From the human T2T-CHM13v2.0 reference genome, Homo sapiens: DNA of 64,000 nt. Position 1 is the stretch's first letter; each line of letters starts with the position of its first letter. The notes under the pieces were generated by a model. The model saw only the letters and a list, made by a program, of their open reading frames with translations, was not told the origin of the DNA and searched no databases. Positions 1 to 18,076 of this stretch are shown here, in pieces. The DNA is taken from NCBI RefSeq assembly GCF_009914755.1, contig NC_060930.1, one strand, 5' to 3'. Made by a program: the position numbers and the translations under genes.

Positions 1-940
<940 letters not shown>

Positions 941-944
941 AACA

Positions 945-1790
945 TTTGAATAGGCTCTTAACAAAAGAAGTAATCTAAATAACCAATAAACATATGAAAA
1001 GATGTTCACTTCATTAGAAATCAGAGAAATTCAAACTAAAACCTCCAATATTTGCCACAGGATTGACAAAAATTAAGAAATAACAAACCTAGTTCATCAA
1101 GAATGCAGAAAAACAGGAACTCTCATCCACCACTGGTGAAACTATAAATAGGGACAACCACATTGGAAATTATTTGGCATGTCCTATAAAGTTGAATATG
1201 TGTGCACCCTCAATCCCAACAATTCTTCTACTTTGTACATATCCTAGGGAAACTCCTGCACATGTGCATCAGGAGACATCTACAATAATGTTTGTAGAAG
1301 CATTCACATAAATGGAAAAAAACAATCCTGATGTGGCACCACCATAGAACGGATTAATAAATAATGATACACTAATGCAATGGAATACCATGCAGCAGTG
1401 AAAATCAACTCAGCAGCATGCGTCAACATGGAAGACTCTTACAAACACAATGTTGAACCAATTAAGCAAGACACAGAAGAGTTCACATACTATAATCCCA
1501 CTAGTATAAAATTCAAATGCCCACAGAACTAAATAAGTCACTGTTTAAGGATCCAAAGTGGTGAGTAAGGAACAGTTATAGATACGCATTCAGGATAGTG
1601 GTGACCCATCGGGATGTAGACTGGGGAATAAAGGGGGTGGGACCTAGCGGGAGCACACTGGGTTACTGCAGGAAAATGGTAATCTCTCATTCTTGAGCCA
1701 GGGGGAGTGGTACGTCTTTGTATTATTGTTAATGCTTTATGCTGTTCACATACGTTTACAAATATTCCTGTTACGTATTATTTAGTAACA
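945..1790 (+). mobile_element. Old L1 (L1M-type) ORF2 end/3'UTR
   Basis: Diverged aaacatatgaaaagatgttc...atggaatacca motifs. Confidence 0.65.
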
Positions 1791-1876
1791 ATTTTTTTCT
1801 TCAAAAAGAAGATGAATAAGCTAATTCTCATTTAGAAGGAAGAAAGTGGGAGGGAGGAAAAAAGGAAGGAGAGGAA

Positions 1877-2175
1877 GGACTGGGCGCGGTGGCTCACGCC
1901 TGTAATCCCAGCACTTTGGGAGTCCGATGCGGGCAGATCACAAGGTCAGGAGATCGAGACCATCCTGGCTAACACAGTGAAACCCCGTCTCTACTAAAAA
2001 TACAAAAAATTAGCCGGGCGTGGTGGCGGGCGCCTGTAGTTCCAGCTACTCGGGAGGCTGAGGCGGGAGAATGGCATGAACCCAGGAGGCGGAGCTTGCA
2101 GTGAGCCAAGACTGGGCTACTGAACTCCAGCCTGGGCGACAGAGTGAGACTCCATTTCAAAAAAAAAAAAAAAAA
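1877..2175 (+). mobile_element. Alu (Y/Sc-like)
   Basis: Dimer with TSD aaaaggaaggagaggaa. Confidence 0.92.
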
Positions 2176-2282
2176 GGAAGGAGAGGAAGAAGGGGAGAAG
2201 AGTGCATAAGTTGGAATCTAGATGTTTGTTGGTATCCAGCAAAGAAGAGAGTAATGGGAGCAATAACAACAATTGGAAAGGT

Positions 2283-2600
2283 AGCCAGGAGAGGTGGCTC
2301 ACACCTGTAATCCCAGTACTTCGGGAGGCCAAGGCAGGTGGATCAATCACTTGAGGTCAGGAGTTCAAGACCAGCCTGGCCAATATGGCAAAACCCCATC
2401 TCTACTAAAAACAAAAATACAAAAATATTAGCCAGGCATGGTGGCTCACATCTGTAATCCCAGCTACTTGGGATGCTGAGGCATGAGAATTGCTTGAACC
2501 TGGGAGGTGGAGGTTGCAGTGAACCAGATCAGGCCACTGCACTCCAGCCTGGGAGACACAGCAAGACTCCATCCAAAAAAAAAAAAAAAAAAAAAAAAAA
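2283..2600 (+). mobile_element. AluS
   Basis: Dimer plus A-tail. Confidence 0.88.
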
Positions 2601-3559
2601 TGGAAGGGCCCCTCAGAGGAGGTGGGGTCTGGAGCTGGGCCTTAAGAGTTGACTGGATGTGAGAGAGTGATGAGATGAACAGGAAATAAAAGCAGTCCTA
2701 GTGAGAGAAAGATGAGCAAAGACAATATGGAGGGATAAGCATGGGAAAATCCAGCAGGCAAATAGCGGGTCTCTGACTGAGACGCAGCTCAGGGACAGTG
2801 AGGAGGCCTGTGGTTTCAGGGGGAGCCCAGGGTGAAGGACAGCAACACACAGATCGCTCAGCCCCATCGGGAGAACGCTGAAAGCCAGAATACTCAGTGA
2901 GGCTGCCTGCGAGGAGCCCCAGCTTGTGGTGACCAGTGTCCCCTCTGAGGAGTGAGAGGGAGACCCTGACCCCACAGGGGTGCTAGAGCCACCTGAGTTC
3001 CTTAGCTGTCTTGGGAATCCAAGTCTCACCTTCCTACTCTATCAGAAATACCCTGTGGTGAAAAGAGAAGGCCCCACTCTCCATCTGCTGGAGCTTAATT
3101 CTGTGGAATCTAGACTTCCCTGTGAATAAAGAGAATGCAGGCTTCCTACCACCCTCTCCCCTGCTGTGATTCTGCACCTGCCCTGAGATTTCCCTGGAGC
3201 TCCCCTCCCTGTGGAATGAGGTGAAAAACCCTGAAAACCATATGCCCAGAGGCCCCGTTAGAGTGCACAGTGGCTTCGGGATGCGGCTGTGTCCCGAGAG
3301 GGATCTCTTGCTGAGAGCCTATAAGGCCGGGTCACTCATATGGGGTGCTGCTCAGGATGGGCCCCAGTGTCACATCTGGGTAAGTGGAACAAGTCAATCA
3401 TGGTGGGTTCTGTGTAAACTGCCCCCCCAACCCCGCTTCTTACATATTTAGGGGCAATGAAAGCTTTCAGTGGTAGACTAGGAGATACGTATATATATAT
3501 AGTCATAAATATTGTTATTCTCTCTGCATAGAAGGCTCAAATGCCAGGTTTTTATATAA

Positions 3560-3810
3560 TTGGGCCCTTCTTGTTATTCAGATCTCAGCTGAACATTTAC
3601 CTTATGAGAAAGACCTTCCCTCACCACTCCATAGAAATTAGCCTCTGGTCACTGTCTGTCACAGCTCTCTGTTGTAGGTGCTGGTCATAGCACTCATCAC
3701 TCTACAATGTTCAAGACAGTAGGACATTGTCTATTTTGTCGCTGTTCTATCTGAAGTGATTAGAACAGTGCCTAGCATATAGGTGGTACTTGATGAATAC
3801 ATTAATAATG
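3560..3810 (+). mobile_element. L2 3' end
   Basis: gaacagtgcctagcatataggtggtacttgatgaat-type L2 terminus. Confidence 0.55.
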
Positions 3811-4890
3811 TGTATGAGTGTAAAAGGAGAGAGATGAAAAGGGAGAGTAAGATAGAGGAAGAAGGAAGGGAGGCAGAGAAGGAGGGAGGGAGAGAAGGAG
3901 GGAGGGAGGCATCCTAGCTGGAGTCTCAGCTGTATCTATCACTGGGATTCACAGATATATGAGCATGCCTGACAGACTGTTAGGTGGACCCATCAGAAAT
4001 GTATTTTTATGAGAAACTAAGGCATCTCCTGGAAAACAAAAAACAAAAAACAAAAAAACCAGATCCTGAAGTAAAAGGAAGTAGAGAAGTAAAATTGGTC
4101 CCAGTCACAAAGCCTAGGTCATGGGAGACGAGCTTAAATGTGATGTAAGCCCAGAATCACATTTGTCAGTTTCGGTCTCCTTGAACTCATGGAGAATGGA
4201 TGTGGCTACAAGTAAAACCTGAAATACGTATTCAATATAAATTCTATGACGCACTGAACACAAACAGCTCTTCTTTTGTACTGTATGTAAAATGTAACAT
4301 GGAAGAGGGAGGGGGAGGTGAGAGTCATTCTGGTGCAGGGAGCAGAGTCGTCTTGGCAGGGCTCCCTGGGCCCCTGAGGACTCTAGCATAACCAAGGCAA
4401 TGGTGCTGGCAAGAGACAGCGTCATCCCATAGCGGTAACAGTGCCCAGGGGCCAGCACTTGGCTGCACGAGCAGTAGAGGCAGAAGCAGGAAATAGCACC
4501 AAAGGGTGCTAGAGTGGAGAATGAGGAACATGGAGAAGCAGTACAGACTTAAGAGCTCCTTCCCTGGGACATCCTAGAAATAACTGGGGAAATTTGGACG
4601 GAGAAGTCTATGGGATGCACATGTACTTTTCATATGGAAGCAAGAACCTGGCAAGCTATGCTTATTAATTTTTGCCCATTTTACCTCCAGTATGAAAATA
4701 TAGGGGTTTGAGACATGAAAGTGAGGAAGACAGGTATATGCAAAAAAAAAAAAAAAAAAAAATCCTAATAATGCTAGAAAAAAAAAGAAACAATTTTAAA
4801 TATCAATGTTGTTTTTTTAATAAAAAAAAAAAAGAAAGAAACTCCGCATTAGAGAGTTTTACCCAGAAATGCTGAGATGCAACCACATAC

Positions 4891-5351
4891 CTACTTTACA
4901 ATTTCCTTCACAAACACACCACCTTGGAGATCCCATTCTGAGGGATCTGAATAATGAGATTCTTCAACCAAAAGCCACTTGTAAACTACAAAAATCCTCG
5001 GAGAGATTCACCAATGCCCCAGGCCTTCTGGAGGCATTTAACTAGCCATCTGGAGGATTCTCCTGTCTCTAGACAATTATTTCACAGCAAGGAAGAAAAA
5101 ATTGCCTGAGGTCTTCAACGACAGCCAAATTCACTGGAGTCAATAAATGTGTCAGATGGACTACGTAGCTGCCACAGTCCGCTGGGAACAAAACTTTACT
5201 CTTGAAAGGACTGCACTTTTCCTATGCCAGATAGCATGTAGATGTGAACAAAAATATATATTCCAGAGCCAGAGTTCTTTTTTCAGGACTTTTTTCAGTT
5301 TCACCTCTGAAACTGACTTGCTCAATATTTATTGGTAATATTAGACTTTTA
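4891..5351 (-). pseudogene. Relic exon L, possibly terminal, PIN-like second half
   Basis: tctctctcatag|TA, phase 1; LSKSVSEVKLKKVLKKELWLWNIYFCSHLHAIWHRKS / VHLTHLLTPVNLAVVEDLRQFFLPCCEIIV / YKWLLVEESHYSDPSEWDLQGGVFVKEIVK*. Confidence 0.5.
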
Positions 5352-5689
5352 CTATGAGAGAGAAATTAAGAAAAAAAGCTGACTAGAGATTCATTATATT
5401 TCAAAACAAATACACATTCCAACCCATTCATCAAACTATTTAAGCCTTTTAACTAAGTAAACATTTGTATCTATTTCATAAAGATGGTCTCAAAATTGAT
5501 TTTAAATTGCTTCACCGAAAATGTCATTATACTTCAAAAAAGACTGGTTGTGTTGTTTTATTTTTACGTGATACTCAAAACCTGATTTTGAATCTTGGTT
5601 TCATCACTTAAGCTGTATCACCAATAGAAAAGTTACTTAATTTTTGTAAGCCTTAGTGTCCTTATCCATAAAACTGGCATATAGGATTA

Positions 5690-6063
<374 letters not shown>

Positions 6064-6221
6064 TTAAGGTAAATCTTTCTTCTTTCTTGTCCAAATAGTA
6101 TGGTAAATTCTAAATATTATGTATACAGAAATTGACCAGACCCAGTAAAAATACAGCAGAGCAGGAAGAAAAAGGACCCTGCCTGGAGTTTAGTCAGTGC
6201 CTCACTACCTGAAATAGGCAC

Positions 6222-6676
6222 TGTGGGTGCTCTGTCCAGATCCACTGGCTTCCATTCGGCACTTGTGTGTGTTTCCCCTCCCGCTTCTGTGTGCCATGCC
6301 CGTGACTCTTCTTTGCATACTGTCTTCAGACTACTGGAGCAGCATCATCCAAACTGGCAGAGAGCAGAGAGTGTCTGATGATTTCTCTCCCTCCCCACCA
6401 CTCTCCCTACCACCACCCCACTCCTACCTCTGTCCCTTCTGCTGGGACCGACTATTGTGAGAGTATGAAAGCCCAGCACCCTTGCTTTAGGTCAGACTAA
6501 TTTGGAGGCATGATATATACTTCAGAGCTCCCATGTGGAATAAAGTTGAAGCTGCACTCGGTGGGATGTTGCCTTACCTGATGTCCTACCAATTACTCAG
6601 GAAACACTTGCAGAATAAATCACTGTGTACAAATCCTTGCCTCAAGATCTGCTTCTGGGAAACTCAACCCAAGACC
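6222..6676 (+). mobile_element. LTR16-like ERVL solo LTR
   Basis: Ends aataaatcactg...ctgcttctgggaaactcaacccaagac. Confidence 0.6.
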
Positions 6677-6807
6677 CACAAGTGAAATTACTCAAAGAAA
6701 AGTTTCAATATTACATCTACTTTCAGCTGTCCTGCAGGCATATAAATTCAGCCTAGCAGCTTCTAATTCCTCCCACTGAGGCAGAAATCATTTTAAAAAC
6801 CAACCTT

Positions 6808-6980
6808 GCTACAGGGCACAGTGGTGCATTCCTGTAGTCTCAGCTACCTGAAGCTGAGGTGGGAGGATTGCTCGAGCCCAGGAGTTCAAGGCTGCAGTGA
6901 GCTATGAGTGTGCCACTGCACTCCAGCCTGGGCAACAAAGGAGACCCTGTCTCATTTGGAAAAAAAAAAAAAAAAAAAAA
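6808..6980 (+). mobile_element. Alu monomer (FRAM/AluJ right arm)
   Basis: Single arm with A-tail. Confidence 0.8.
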
Positions 6981-6987
6981 GGCCAAT

Positions 6988-8205
6988 CTAGCCATATGCA
7001 GAAAGCTGAAACTGGATCCCTTCCTTACACCATACACAAAAATTAACTCAAGATGGATTAAAGACTTAAAGGTAAGATCTAAAACCATAAAAACCCTAGA
7101 AGAAAACCTAGGCAATACCATTCAGGACATAGGCATGGGCAAAGACTTCATGACTAAAAAACCAAAAGCAATGGCAACGAAAGCCAAAATAGAAATCTAA
7201 TTCAACTAAAAAGCTTCTGCACAGCAAAAGAAGCTATCATCAGAGTGAACAGGCAACCTACAGAATGCGAGAAAATTTTTGCAATCTATCCATCTGACAA
7301 AGGGCTAATATCCAGAATCTACAGAAAACTTAAACAAATTTACAAGAAAAAAAACAAACAACCCCATCAAAAAGTGGGCAAAGGATATGAACAGACACTT
7401 CTCAAAAAAAGACATTTATACAGCCAACAGACATATGAAAAAATGCTGATCATCACTGGTCATCAGAGAAATGCAAATCAAAACCACAGTGAGATACCAT
7501 CTCATGCCAGTTAGAATGGCAATCATTAAAAAGTCAGGAACAACAGATGCTGGAGAGGATGTGGAGAAATAGGAATGCTTTTACACTGTTGGTGGAAGTG
7601 TAAATTAGTTCAACCATTGTGGAAGACAGCGTGGTGATTCCTCAAAGATCTAGAACTAGAAATACCATTTGACCCAGCGATCCCATTACTGGGTATATAC
7701 CCAAAGGATTATAAATCATGTTACTATAAAGACACATGTACACGAATGTTTATTGGGCCACTATTCACAATAGCAAAGACTTGGAACCAACCCAAATGTC
7801 CATCAGTGATAGACTGGATAAAGGAAATGTGGCACATATACACCATGGAATACTATGCAGCCATAAAAAATGATGAGTTCATGTCCTTTGCAGGGACATG
7901 GATAAAGCTGGAAACCATCATTCTCAGCAAAATATAACAAGGACAAAAAAACAAACACCGCATGTTCTCACTCATAAGTAGGAGTTGAACAACGAGAACA
8001 CATGGACACAGGGAAGGGACCATCACACACTGGGGCCTGTTGGGGGGTGGGGGGCTGGGGGAGGGATAGCATTAGGAGAAATACCTAATGTAAATGACGG
8101 GTTGATGGGTGCAGCAAACCAACATGGCACATGTATACCTATGTAACAAACCTGCACATTGTGCACGTGTATCCTAGAACTTAAAGTATAATAATAATAA
8201 TAAAA
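6988..8205 (+). mobile_element. 5'-truncated L1PA
   Basis: [30 protein letters not shown]2 motif through 3'UTR and (TAA)n tail. Confidence 0.93.
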
Positions 8206-8413
8206 GTCAACCAAGGTTAGGATGTCAACATATGAATGTTGTGGGGAGACACAAATTAGCCTATAATATCCATTATTTGTAATGCCAGAAGTACCATTTC
8301 TAACCAATCACCACCCCCCTTTATTTTGCATATTGTTTGTTCTAAAAAGTGCCTGGTTTACATATATTAGTTATGCCCATTTACTTCCTTTCTTTGAAAG
8401 TGGATAGACCCAC

Positions 8414-8661
8414 AGGTCTTAAAGTGGACTGAAGATGAAGAAAGCAAGTGGCGAATGAAGAAATGTCTAAACATCAAAGTATCAAGGAAGGAGATTTTAC
8501 GAGAGAGTTCCGTTGCATGAGCTACCAGAGAAGGATGTGGCAGGAGTTGGCACTACAATGATCATCAACTCATTCACCCTTTGATGTGTTTCAGTGTATC
8601 TATTGGCAATATACATAATTTTTATCATAGATTTGTTCTTATACACGCTAGTTTCTGGAAG
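8414..8661 (-). pseudogene. Possible relic exon K
   Basis: Strong acceptor tttattcttcag|CTT; LPETSVYKNKSMIKIMYIANRYTETHQRVNELMIIVVPTPATSFSGSSCNGTLS*. Confidence 0.3.
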
Positions 8662-8777
8662 CTGAAGAATAAAGTAATACACTATAGTTACAGAAAATCA
8701 GAACCCCCGGGAGAATTGATCAATTATGAGGAGTGAGGACCAAACCAAAGAGATGGGCTTTGGCTTATTTTTGCCTC

Positions 8778-9425
8778 AGCTTTATTAAGGTATAATTGAC
8801 AAATAAAAATTGTAGTCCGAGTGCAGTAGCTCATACCTGTAATCCCAGAACTGTGGGAGGCCCAGGGCTTGAGCCCAGGAATTCAAGACCAGCTTGGACA
8901 ACACAGTGGGAACCCATCTCTACAAAAATTAAAAAACTAACCAGGTGTGGTGGTGTGGGCCTATAGTCCCAAGCTACTTGGGAGGCTGAGGTGGGAGGAT
9001 CACTTGAGTCCAAGGTTGAGGCTTTAGCGAGCCATGATCACACCACTGCACTGCAGCCTGGGTGACAGAGTGAAGTCTTGTCTCAAGAAAAAAAAAAAAA
9101 AGAATTAGAAAAACACGTTAAAAAATTGTATGCATTTAAGGTATACAACATGATGATATGATATACATATACATTATGAAATAAGCACAATCAAGTTAAT
9201 TAGCACATCTCTCATTTCACATAATTAGCATTTGTATGTGTGGTGAGAACACTTAATATCTATTGTCTTAGCAAATTTCAAGTAGTATATCAGATAATAT
9301 TATTAACCATAGTCACCACAATGTACCTTAGATCCCCAGAACTCACTCATCTGTTAACTGAAAAAGCCAGACACAGTGAGATCAATACTGTAAGATCTCC
9401 TTCATATGTAGAATCTTTAAAAAGA
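8778..9425 (-). mobile_element. L1MA/MB 3' end, split by an AluJ (8817-9100)
   Basis: ctttattaaggtataattgacaaat start; TSD aaaaattgta around the Alu. Confidence 0.7.
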
Positions 9426-9667
9426 GAGAGGAGAGATAGAGAGACAGAGACAGAGACAGAGATTGGTTTTTTAAATGATTTCTGCCTCAGCGGCAGGCTT
9501 AAGATGCTGCTAAGCTGGCCTGGCTGCAGAACAGCAGAAGTAGACGCACTATTAAAACTTTTCTTTGAGTAATTCTAATTGCGGCACAATTTACTCTCTT
9601 ACCAGGAGTTTGTTGTGATTCTTTACACAGATTCTTAGAGTCTTTACACAGAAAATATATTTAAAAG

Positions 9668-9785
9668 CGGGGTGCCATGGCTCATGCCTGTAATTCCAGC
9701 AGTTTGGGAGGCTGAGGCAGGAGCAACACTTCAGCTCAGGAGTTAGAGAGCAGCCTGGGCAACACAATAAGATCTCATCACTATT
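9668..9785 (+). mobile_element. Alu left monomer (FLAM)
   Basis: Single left arm. Confidence 0.75.
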
Positions 9786-10041
9786 GGAAAAGAAAGGAAG
9801 GAAAGAAAGGAAGGAAGGAAGGAAGGAAGGAAGGAAGGAAGGAAGGAAGGAAGGAAGGAAGGAAGGAAGGAAGGAGAAAGAAAAGAAAGAAAGAGATAAA
9901 GAAAAAAGAAAGAAAGAAGGAGAAAGAAAAGAGAGAAAGAGAAAGAAAGAAAGAAAGAAGAAGAAGGAAAGAAAGAAGGAAGGAAGGAAGGAAGGAAGGA
10001 AGGAAGGAAGGAAGGAAGGAAGGAAGGAAGGCAGGCAGGCA
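9786..10041 (+). repeat. Purine-only compound microsatellite (GGAA)16...(GAAA)n...(GGAA)13(GGCA)3
   Basis: (GGAA)16 at 9809-9872, (GGAA)13 at 9978-10029; no pyrimidine from 9786 to 10031. Confidence 0.97.
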
Positions 10042-10559
10042 AGCTATTTAAATAAAGCAATTTCTCCTCCATGGTGATTTCACAGTCCAGCCATGGGGAG
10101 AAAAAACTTTCATAAAACTGGGCAAGCTAAGCTCAAAATCCTTTCAATACTCCAGGCAATTTTTCATGTCCTTCACTTACAATTAAATTATTTTTGTCAC
10201 TCTCAATGGGAGCAAGACCCTCTAAGATTAGGAGTTAATAAAATTGTTGCTCATTTTCTTCTGCTTGACTCTACAGACTCCGGCAAATACCTCAGGAATG
10301 ATATCAGGTGCTAGTTACTGCATCAAACTAAGTTTTGTTTTTCTGTTTCTCAGCTCTCAATTATTTATATGCATAATCACTAAGTAAACAGGTATAAAAA
10401 TTTCATGTACATTAGTCAGAAGCAATGTTTAAAAAAATCAATAAAGCCAAAATATATTAGGCAGTCAATGCCTTTTTTCCCCCTAAAGAATTGAAGTCTA
10501 TGATTTGGCTTGCTGCCCATACAAATTATTATCAGATTTCATTAAAGCAAAAATTTAAG

Positions 10560-11528
<969 letters not shown>

Positions 11529-11642
11529 CTGATGTCAAAGGTTGAAAATTTTAATTAAAAAATTTTGTATCAGTTGATAAGACTGTGAGCAGCAGAGGAG
11601 ATAATATTATTAAGGATAGACATCCTAATATTTTCTACTCAC

Positions 11643-11813
11643 ATATATTGGGTTCCAGCTTACTCAAAAACTACAGAAGATTCAGTAATTGCCCAATATA
11701 GCATTTTTCAACCCCTCAGTTTGGGAATCTTTTTGATCATTTCCCAGTGACATTTTCAGATAATACAATGAAACCATACTGCATGTAGATTTTAAAAGCA
11801 CATTTTGAAGCAT
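11643..11813 (-). pseudogene. Relic exon I (171 nt), PIN-like
   Basis: ttcataaag|AT...T|gtgagt; ASKCAFKIYMQYGFIVLSENVTGK*SKRFPN*GVEKCYIGQLLNLL*FLSKLEPNI. Confidence 0.55.
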
Positions 11814-12006
11814 CTTTATGAATAAAAAAGTTTTAAGAACATTTAACTTAAAAATGCAGTAAAATGTTACTCAGCACACCCTGAACCCTACCTAAATGTA
11901 ATTTTTCAACCATGATCAACTCCATTTTAATCTGAGGGAGACAAATGGCAAAACGAATATCAGGAATTTACTTAAACCAGAGGAGGAGAAGAGAAAGGAA
12001 GAAACA

Positions 12007-13003
<997 letters not shown>

Positions 13004-13004
13004 C

Positions 13005-13960
13005 CAAGATGCACATTTTTTTCCACATCTTTAAATCTCTGAAATAAGGATGTGCCTTACAGTCAATGAACTCTTACAAGTAATTGTCCTGGCCAGGTGG
13101 TGGTCACGGCATAGGTGATTGCATGAGCAAATCAGAACTTCATCATACTGTTCACATTGTCATCACTTTAGATGAGATGTGTGCATGGTTATTATCTCAG
13201 ATGTTAAGTTTAACTGACTTTTACAATGATTTTTGATGTTGTTGTTGTTTTGTTTTGTTTTGTTTTTAGCGGTAGCAAAGTTTATTGTGAAGAGCGAAAG
13301 GACAAAGCTTCCCCACGGCACAGAAGGGGACCCGAGCAGGTTACCTGATATTTTTTAAGATTACAACACGATTTAGAATTGAAATAAAGTTTTAGAAATG
13401 CCTTAACTAAAATTTTGCTTGCATTTCTCTGTTAACGTAAGAGAATGTTATATTATAAAAATATATGTCCAAAAAAGAGAAATAAGAAAAAAATCTATGT
13501 ATAAGTAAGTCTAAAAGAATACTTGGTCAGGTGCAGTGGTTCATGCCTATAAATCCAGCACTTTGGGGAGGTTGACGTGAGAAGCTTACTTGAGGTCAAG
13601 AGTTTGTGGCCAGCCTGAGTAACACATTGAGACCCCTATCTCTACAAAACATTTAAAAATTAGCCAAGCGTGATGCTGTGTACCTGCAGCCCTAGATACT
13701 TGAAAGGCTGAGGTGAAAGGATCAATTGAGCCCAGGAGTTCAAAGTTACAGTGAACTATGATTGCACAACTGCACTCCAGCCAGGTTGACAAAGTAAAAC
13801 CCTGTCTCTTGAAAAAAAAAGAATACTTTCAGTAAGTATAAAATTTTTGAAAATCTATGTCATAAGAAGGCACTGTGTCATCATTTAATCAGAAAATTTT
13901 TTCTTTGTTAAGGGTACATTAAAAAATGGCACATCTTGTAATCACAGTTACCTTAGACTA
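13005..13960 (+). mobile_element. Kanga1/MER104-like TcMar-Tc2 DNA transposon relic (contains AluJ 13527-13820)
   Basis: agatgcacattttttccacatctttaaatctctgaaat start and ggtacattaaaaaatggcacatctt end; related short copy at ~29290-29460. Confidence 0.5.
13236..13345 (-). mobile_element. Short polyadenylated LTR12-like fragment
   Basis: tttattgtgaagagcgaaaggacaaagcttcc...aggggacccgagcaggtt preceded by a T-rich tail. Confidence 0.65.
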
Positions 13961-14061
13961 TAGGGAGTCATCCCAGGCTGTAGATCGCAAATCTCTCCTA
14001 CAGAATTACATGTACAACTGGATGCTGCCACCACTTGGCCTTTCCTAAAAAGTCTATGCTC

Positions 14062-14379
<318 letters not shown>

Positions 14380-14474
14380 TCAACATTTCTTCACCTTCGA
14401 AATCACGAAGTTTCCCAGTAGAGGAAGAAACAAAGCTGGTAGCTGTCTTCTTAGGATCTAGCCATCTTCCTTTA

Positions 14475-15134
<660 letters not shown>

Positions 15135-15397
15135 CACTCTCATCAACCACTTCGATTGTAAGATATTATGGAAACTAAAAGTGAGTTTATCTGACATGAG
15201 AACTAATTCTAGGGTATTCACCAATAAAAAATTATATTTATAAACATAGCCCAGATCACCAAAGAATCACTATTTACTGTTGCAGAAAAGAATAATACAG
15301 TTTAGAAACACTCCCAATCAGAAGGGTTGAAAGAAACATGGGCTTCAGGTTAGCCGATGAACAGTTAGCTAGACTATTCATCAACTAAACCTGAAAC

Positions 15398-15470
15398 CCA
15401 TGCCCTGCACTTGCTGGCTCCCTGAAGTTCTGCCATCTCGTATCAAAATTTGGATACTTTGAGACCCTCC
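15398..15470 (-). pseudogene. Relic exon G
   Basis: gtctaag|GGA; GGSQSIQILIRDGRTSGSQQVQGM; donor either after 15398 or after 15391. Confidence 0.4.
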
Positions 15471-15580
15471 CTTAGACATAGCATTATATTAAAATGTACA
15501 TTTAGCAACATCATTTAAAAGAAATTTTTAAAAATTAAAAGGTGCAGATACCTCTCCATCAGTTTTAAAACTTCACTGCC

Positions 15581-16115
<535 letters not shown>

Positions 16116-16392
16116 CTAAATAGATAAAATGGTGAAATTTAATAAATGGTACACCATGTCTTACAAAGTTTTACTCTATTTAATTCTAGCTCCCAAAACT
16201 AAATTATGTTAAAGTCATTTCTCATGAAATTTGCTATATCATTCTTGGCTGTTATCCAGAGCCAATTCAAGCATATTACAATATGAAGTGTGTGTACATT
16301 TATTTTTTAGCACAGAACAAATGTACACTTGTTAAGATCCACTATATTTACAAGCCAGAATCTCAAACATTTTGACAGAAGTTAAATGCTTA

Positions 16393-16724
<332 letters not shown>

Positions 16725-16728
16725 TTAC

Positions 16729-16853
16729 ATTCAACACCTTCTCAATATACCCATCAATCTCATATAAAGGTAGAGGCTGCACCAATTATCAACTGTCACC
16801 ATATGCCACGCATTTTCTTCAAAGTAGAGAATGTTAGTTTTAATACTCTTATT
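16729..16853 (-). pseudogene. Relic exon E (125 nt, one frameshift)
   Basis: tttctcag|A ATA...AAT|gtaagg; IRVLKLTFSTLKKMRGIW*QLII / QPLPLYEIDGYIEKVLN. Confidence 0.55.
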
Positions 16854-17110
16854 CTGAGAAATTATTTTAAAATAGCTATGTGATGCAGCAATCTTTCACC
16901 TTGAGGTACTATCTTACAGTACTGATTTCAAAAATGGTAACTAAAAAAAAGAAATTCAGTGTCAGGCAGCATGAGCTTAGATTATAAGAAAGGAGATGTG
17001 TTCAGAGTACTGATGTAAAATCTAGTTATATTTCTGATTTCTAGATAGGAATTAACTCTCTCTGACAATCTTATATTAAAATACAAGCACGTATTAAAAT
17101 AGGTAAGAAT

Positions 17111-17474
<364 letters not shown>

Positions 17475-17576
17475 TCATGGGAAAAGGCATCTCCTGGAAT
17501 CCTCAGATAGGTCATGGACACAGACCTCAGAGAAGCCCACCTGCCATTGTAGGTGCTGTTTTTAAAAAGGAAAATG

Positions 17577-17868
<292 letters not shown>

Positions 17869-17980
17869 TCACAAAGTTGGGATTTCATTTTGTGGTAATG
17901 GACACAATAAAACAGAACACATTTGAAGTCATAAAAGCCTAAAGAAAAATAAATTTAACTTAGTGCTGGAGTCTACTAAC

Positions 17981-18049
17981 CGTTTTACAAATTTTAATAT
18001 CTACCATATGTGAAGAAGATGTCTATGAACATTTAAAGGGATATAACTT
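17981..18049 (-). pseudogene. Relic exon D (69 nt, phase 2 to 2)
   Basis: cttttgttttag|A AGT...CG|gttagt; SYIPLNVHRHLLHIW*ILKFVK. Confidence 0.55.
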
Positions 18050-18076
18050 CTAAAACAAAAGAAATGGTTTTGGGGA

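Noticed and set aside
8401-8520. + strand acceptor-like site with open frame WIDPQVLKWTEDEESKWRMKK
   Set aside because: Isolated, with no partner exons on the + strand; overlaps the minus-strand candidate K
9743-10077. K/E/G/R-rich and L/P/S/F-rich ORFs
   Set aside because: Translation of the GGAA/GAAA microsatellite
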